A stretch of DNA of 64,000 nucleotides, from assembly GCA_034530875.2 (NCBI GenBank), contig JAVRCJ020000032.1, positions 1 to 64,000 of the forward strand, in the 5' to 3' direction. The DNA comes from Nostoc sp. DedSLP01 (GTDB lineage Bacteria > Cyanobacteriota > Cyanobacteriia > Cyanobacteriales > Nostocaceae). This document shows positions 62,729-64,000 of the stretch, piece by piece. The position numbers and the translations under genes were made by a program. The notes under the pieces are model-generated. The model ran no database searches. It had not been told where the DNA came from and saw only the letters and a list, made by a program, of their open reading frames with translations. Numbering within the stretch: position 1 is the first letter of the stretch; the number at the start of each line of letters is the position of its first letter.

Positions 62729-63970
62729 ATGGTTTCCACTTTCCCCAATCCCTCTTCTGTTGACCTTTCTCGAATTCGACTTTCAATTCGCTCATTGCAA
62801 CCACAATTGATAGAGTGGCGGCGACGATTACATCAACAACCAGAGTTGGGTTTTCAGGAAAAACTGACTGCTAAGTTTGTGTCAGAAAAATTACAGGAAT
62901 GGGGAATTGAACATCAAACCGGCATTGCCCAAACTGGCATTGTCGCCACCATTAAAGGTAACAAACCTTGTACAGACGCGATTAATCGCGTCTGTACAGA
63001 TAAAGTTTTGGCAATTCGAGCTGATATGGATGCTTTGCCAATTCAAGAACTTAACGAAGTGCCTTACAAATCCCAGCATGATGGAGTAATGCACGCTTGT
63101 GGACATGATGGACATACAGCGATCGCTTTAGGTACAGCTTACTATCTGCAACAGCATCGTCAAGACTTCTCTGGTACGGTGAAAATTATCTTTCAGCCAG
63201 CCGAAGAATCACCAGGAGGCGCAAAGCCGATGATTGAAGCTGGGGTGTTGAAAAATCCTGATGTTGATGCAATTATTGGTTTGCATTTGTGGAATAACTT
63301 ACCTTTGGGAACGGTAGGCGTTCGCAGTGGCGCATTAATGGCGGCTGTGGAGTGCTTTAACTGTACAATTTTGGGCAAAGGTGGACACGGCGCGCTACCC
63401 CATCAAACTGTGGATTCCGTTGTCGTTGCGGCTCAAATTGTCAATGCCTTGCAAACTATTGTGTCTCGGAATGTGAATCCCATTGATTCAGCTGTGGTGA
63501 CAGTAGGCGAACTTCATGCTGGAACCAAGCGCAATGTGATTGCTGACACAGCGAGAATGAGTGCCACTGTCAGGTATTTTAATCCGAGTTTTAAAGGCTT
63601 TTTCCAGCAGCGCGTTGAACAGATTATCGCCGGAATTTGTCAGAGTCAAGGTGCGAATTATAAGTTAGATTATTGGTCGCTTTATCCACCGGTAATTAAT
63701 GATGTGAAGATGGCAGAATTGGTGCGTTCTGTCGCAGAACAAGTGGTAGAAACTCCATTGGGAATTGTGCCAGAATGTCAAACTATGGCTGCTGAAGATA
63801 TGTCATTTTTCTTGGAAGAAGTGCCTGGTTGCTATTTCTTTTTGGGTTCTGCAAATGCAGAAAAAGGTTTGGCTTATCCGCACCATCATCCCCGGTTTGA
63901 TTTTGATGAGACGGTGTTGGGAATGGGCGTGGAGATATTTGTCAGATGCGTGGAGAAGTTTTTTAGTTGA
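62729..63970 (+). CDS. M20 family amidohydrolase
   Basis: RRRLHQQPELGFQE, RADMDAL, MHACGHDGH, FQPAEE, AEDMS, HHHPRFDFDE; ATG at 62729. Confidence 0.95.
   Translation: MVSTFPNPSSVDLSRIRLSIRSLQPQLIEWRRRLHQQPELGFQEKLTAKFVSEKLQEWGIEHQTGIAQTGIVATIKGNKPCTDAINRVCTDKVLAIRADMDALPIQELNEVPYKSQHDGVMHACGHDGHTAIALGTAYYLQQHRQDFSGTVKIIFQPAEESPGGAKPMIEAGVLKNPDVDAIIGLHLWNNLPLGTVGVRSGALMAAVECFNCTILGKGGHGALPHQTVDSVVVAAQIVNALQTIVSRNVNPIDSAVVTVGELHAGTKRNVIADTARMSATVRYFNPSFKGFFQQRVEQIIAGICQSQGANYKLDYWSLYPPVINDVKMAELVRSVAEQVVETPLGIVPECQTMAAEDMSFFLEEVPGCYFFLGSANAEKGLAYPHHHPRFDFDETVLGMGVEIFVRCVEKFFS
62969..62998. repeat. Perfect 30-bp palindrome, in frame inside the amidohydrolase
   Basis: TGTACAGACGCGATT|AATCGCGTCTGTACA, encoding CTDAINRVCT. 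Confidence 0.9.
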
Positions 63971-64000
63971 GGAAAATTAGCTGTTTTCAATAAGTATAAT

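Noticed and set aside
1..64000. CRISPR array, tRNA, rRNA, transposase or integrase
   Set aside because: No regularly spaced repeat-spacer array or recognisable RNA gene or transposase ORF seen by eye; tandem repeats are 7-9-nt STRRs

Overview
Chromosomal 64-kb window from a filamentous, probably heterocyst-forming cyanobacterium (Nostocales-like). This rests on frequent HIP1 octamers (GCGATCGC), 7-9-nt STRR arrays and genes such as chlI, ycf3, hli and pxcA. Housekeeping genes (miaE, ppk2, pgk, chlI, thyX, gatC, ycf3, prs, bioD) alternate with accessory loci. Highlights: (1) prs divergent from an operon of UbiA-type polyprenyl-phosphate phosphoribosyltransferase, HAD phosphatase, SMR flippase, SDR epimerase and a GT-C transferase, which looks like a complete lipid-linked pentose donor and transfer pathway; its last two genes lie between inverted copies of a ~105-bp element. 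(2) An AT-rich three-gene STAND-ATPase cluster with two STAND-TPR-TM-periplasmic-binding-protein receptors and complementary Walker-motif changes. (3) thyX interrupted by a 453-aa intein carrying tandem HTH-like repeats and an HNH nuclease. (4) A chromosomal CyRepA-type primase-helicase with an in-frame heptamer repeat. (5) Several 21-30-nt micro-insertions at the CG^ATC position of HIP1(-like) sites, four of them in frame inside genes. I recognised no CRISPR array, tRNA, rRNA or transposase. All family calls come from motif recognition by eye, not database searches.
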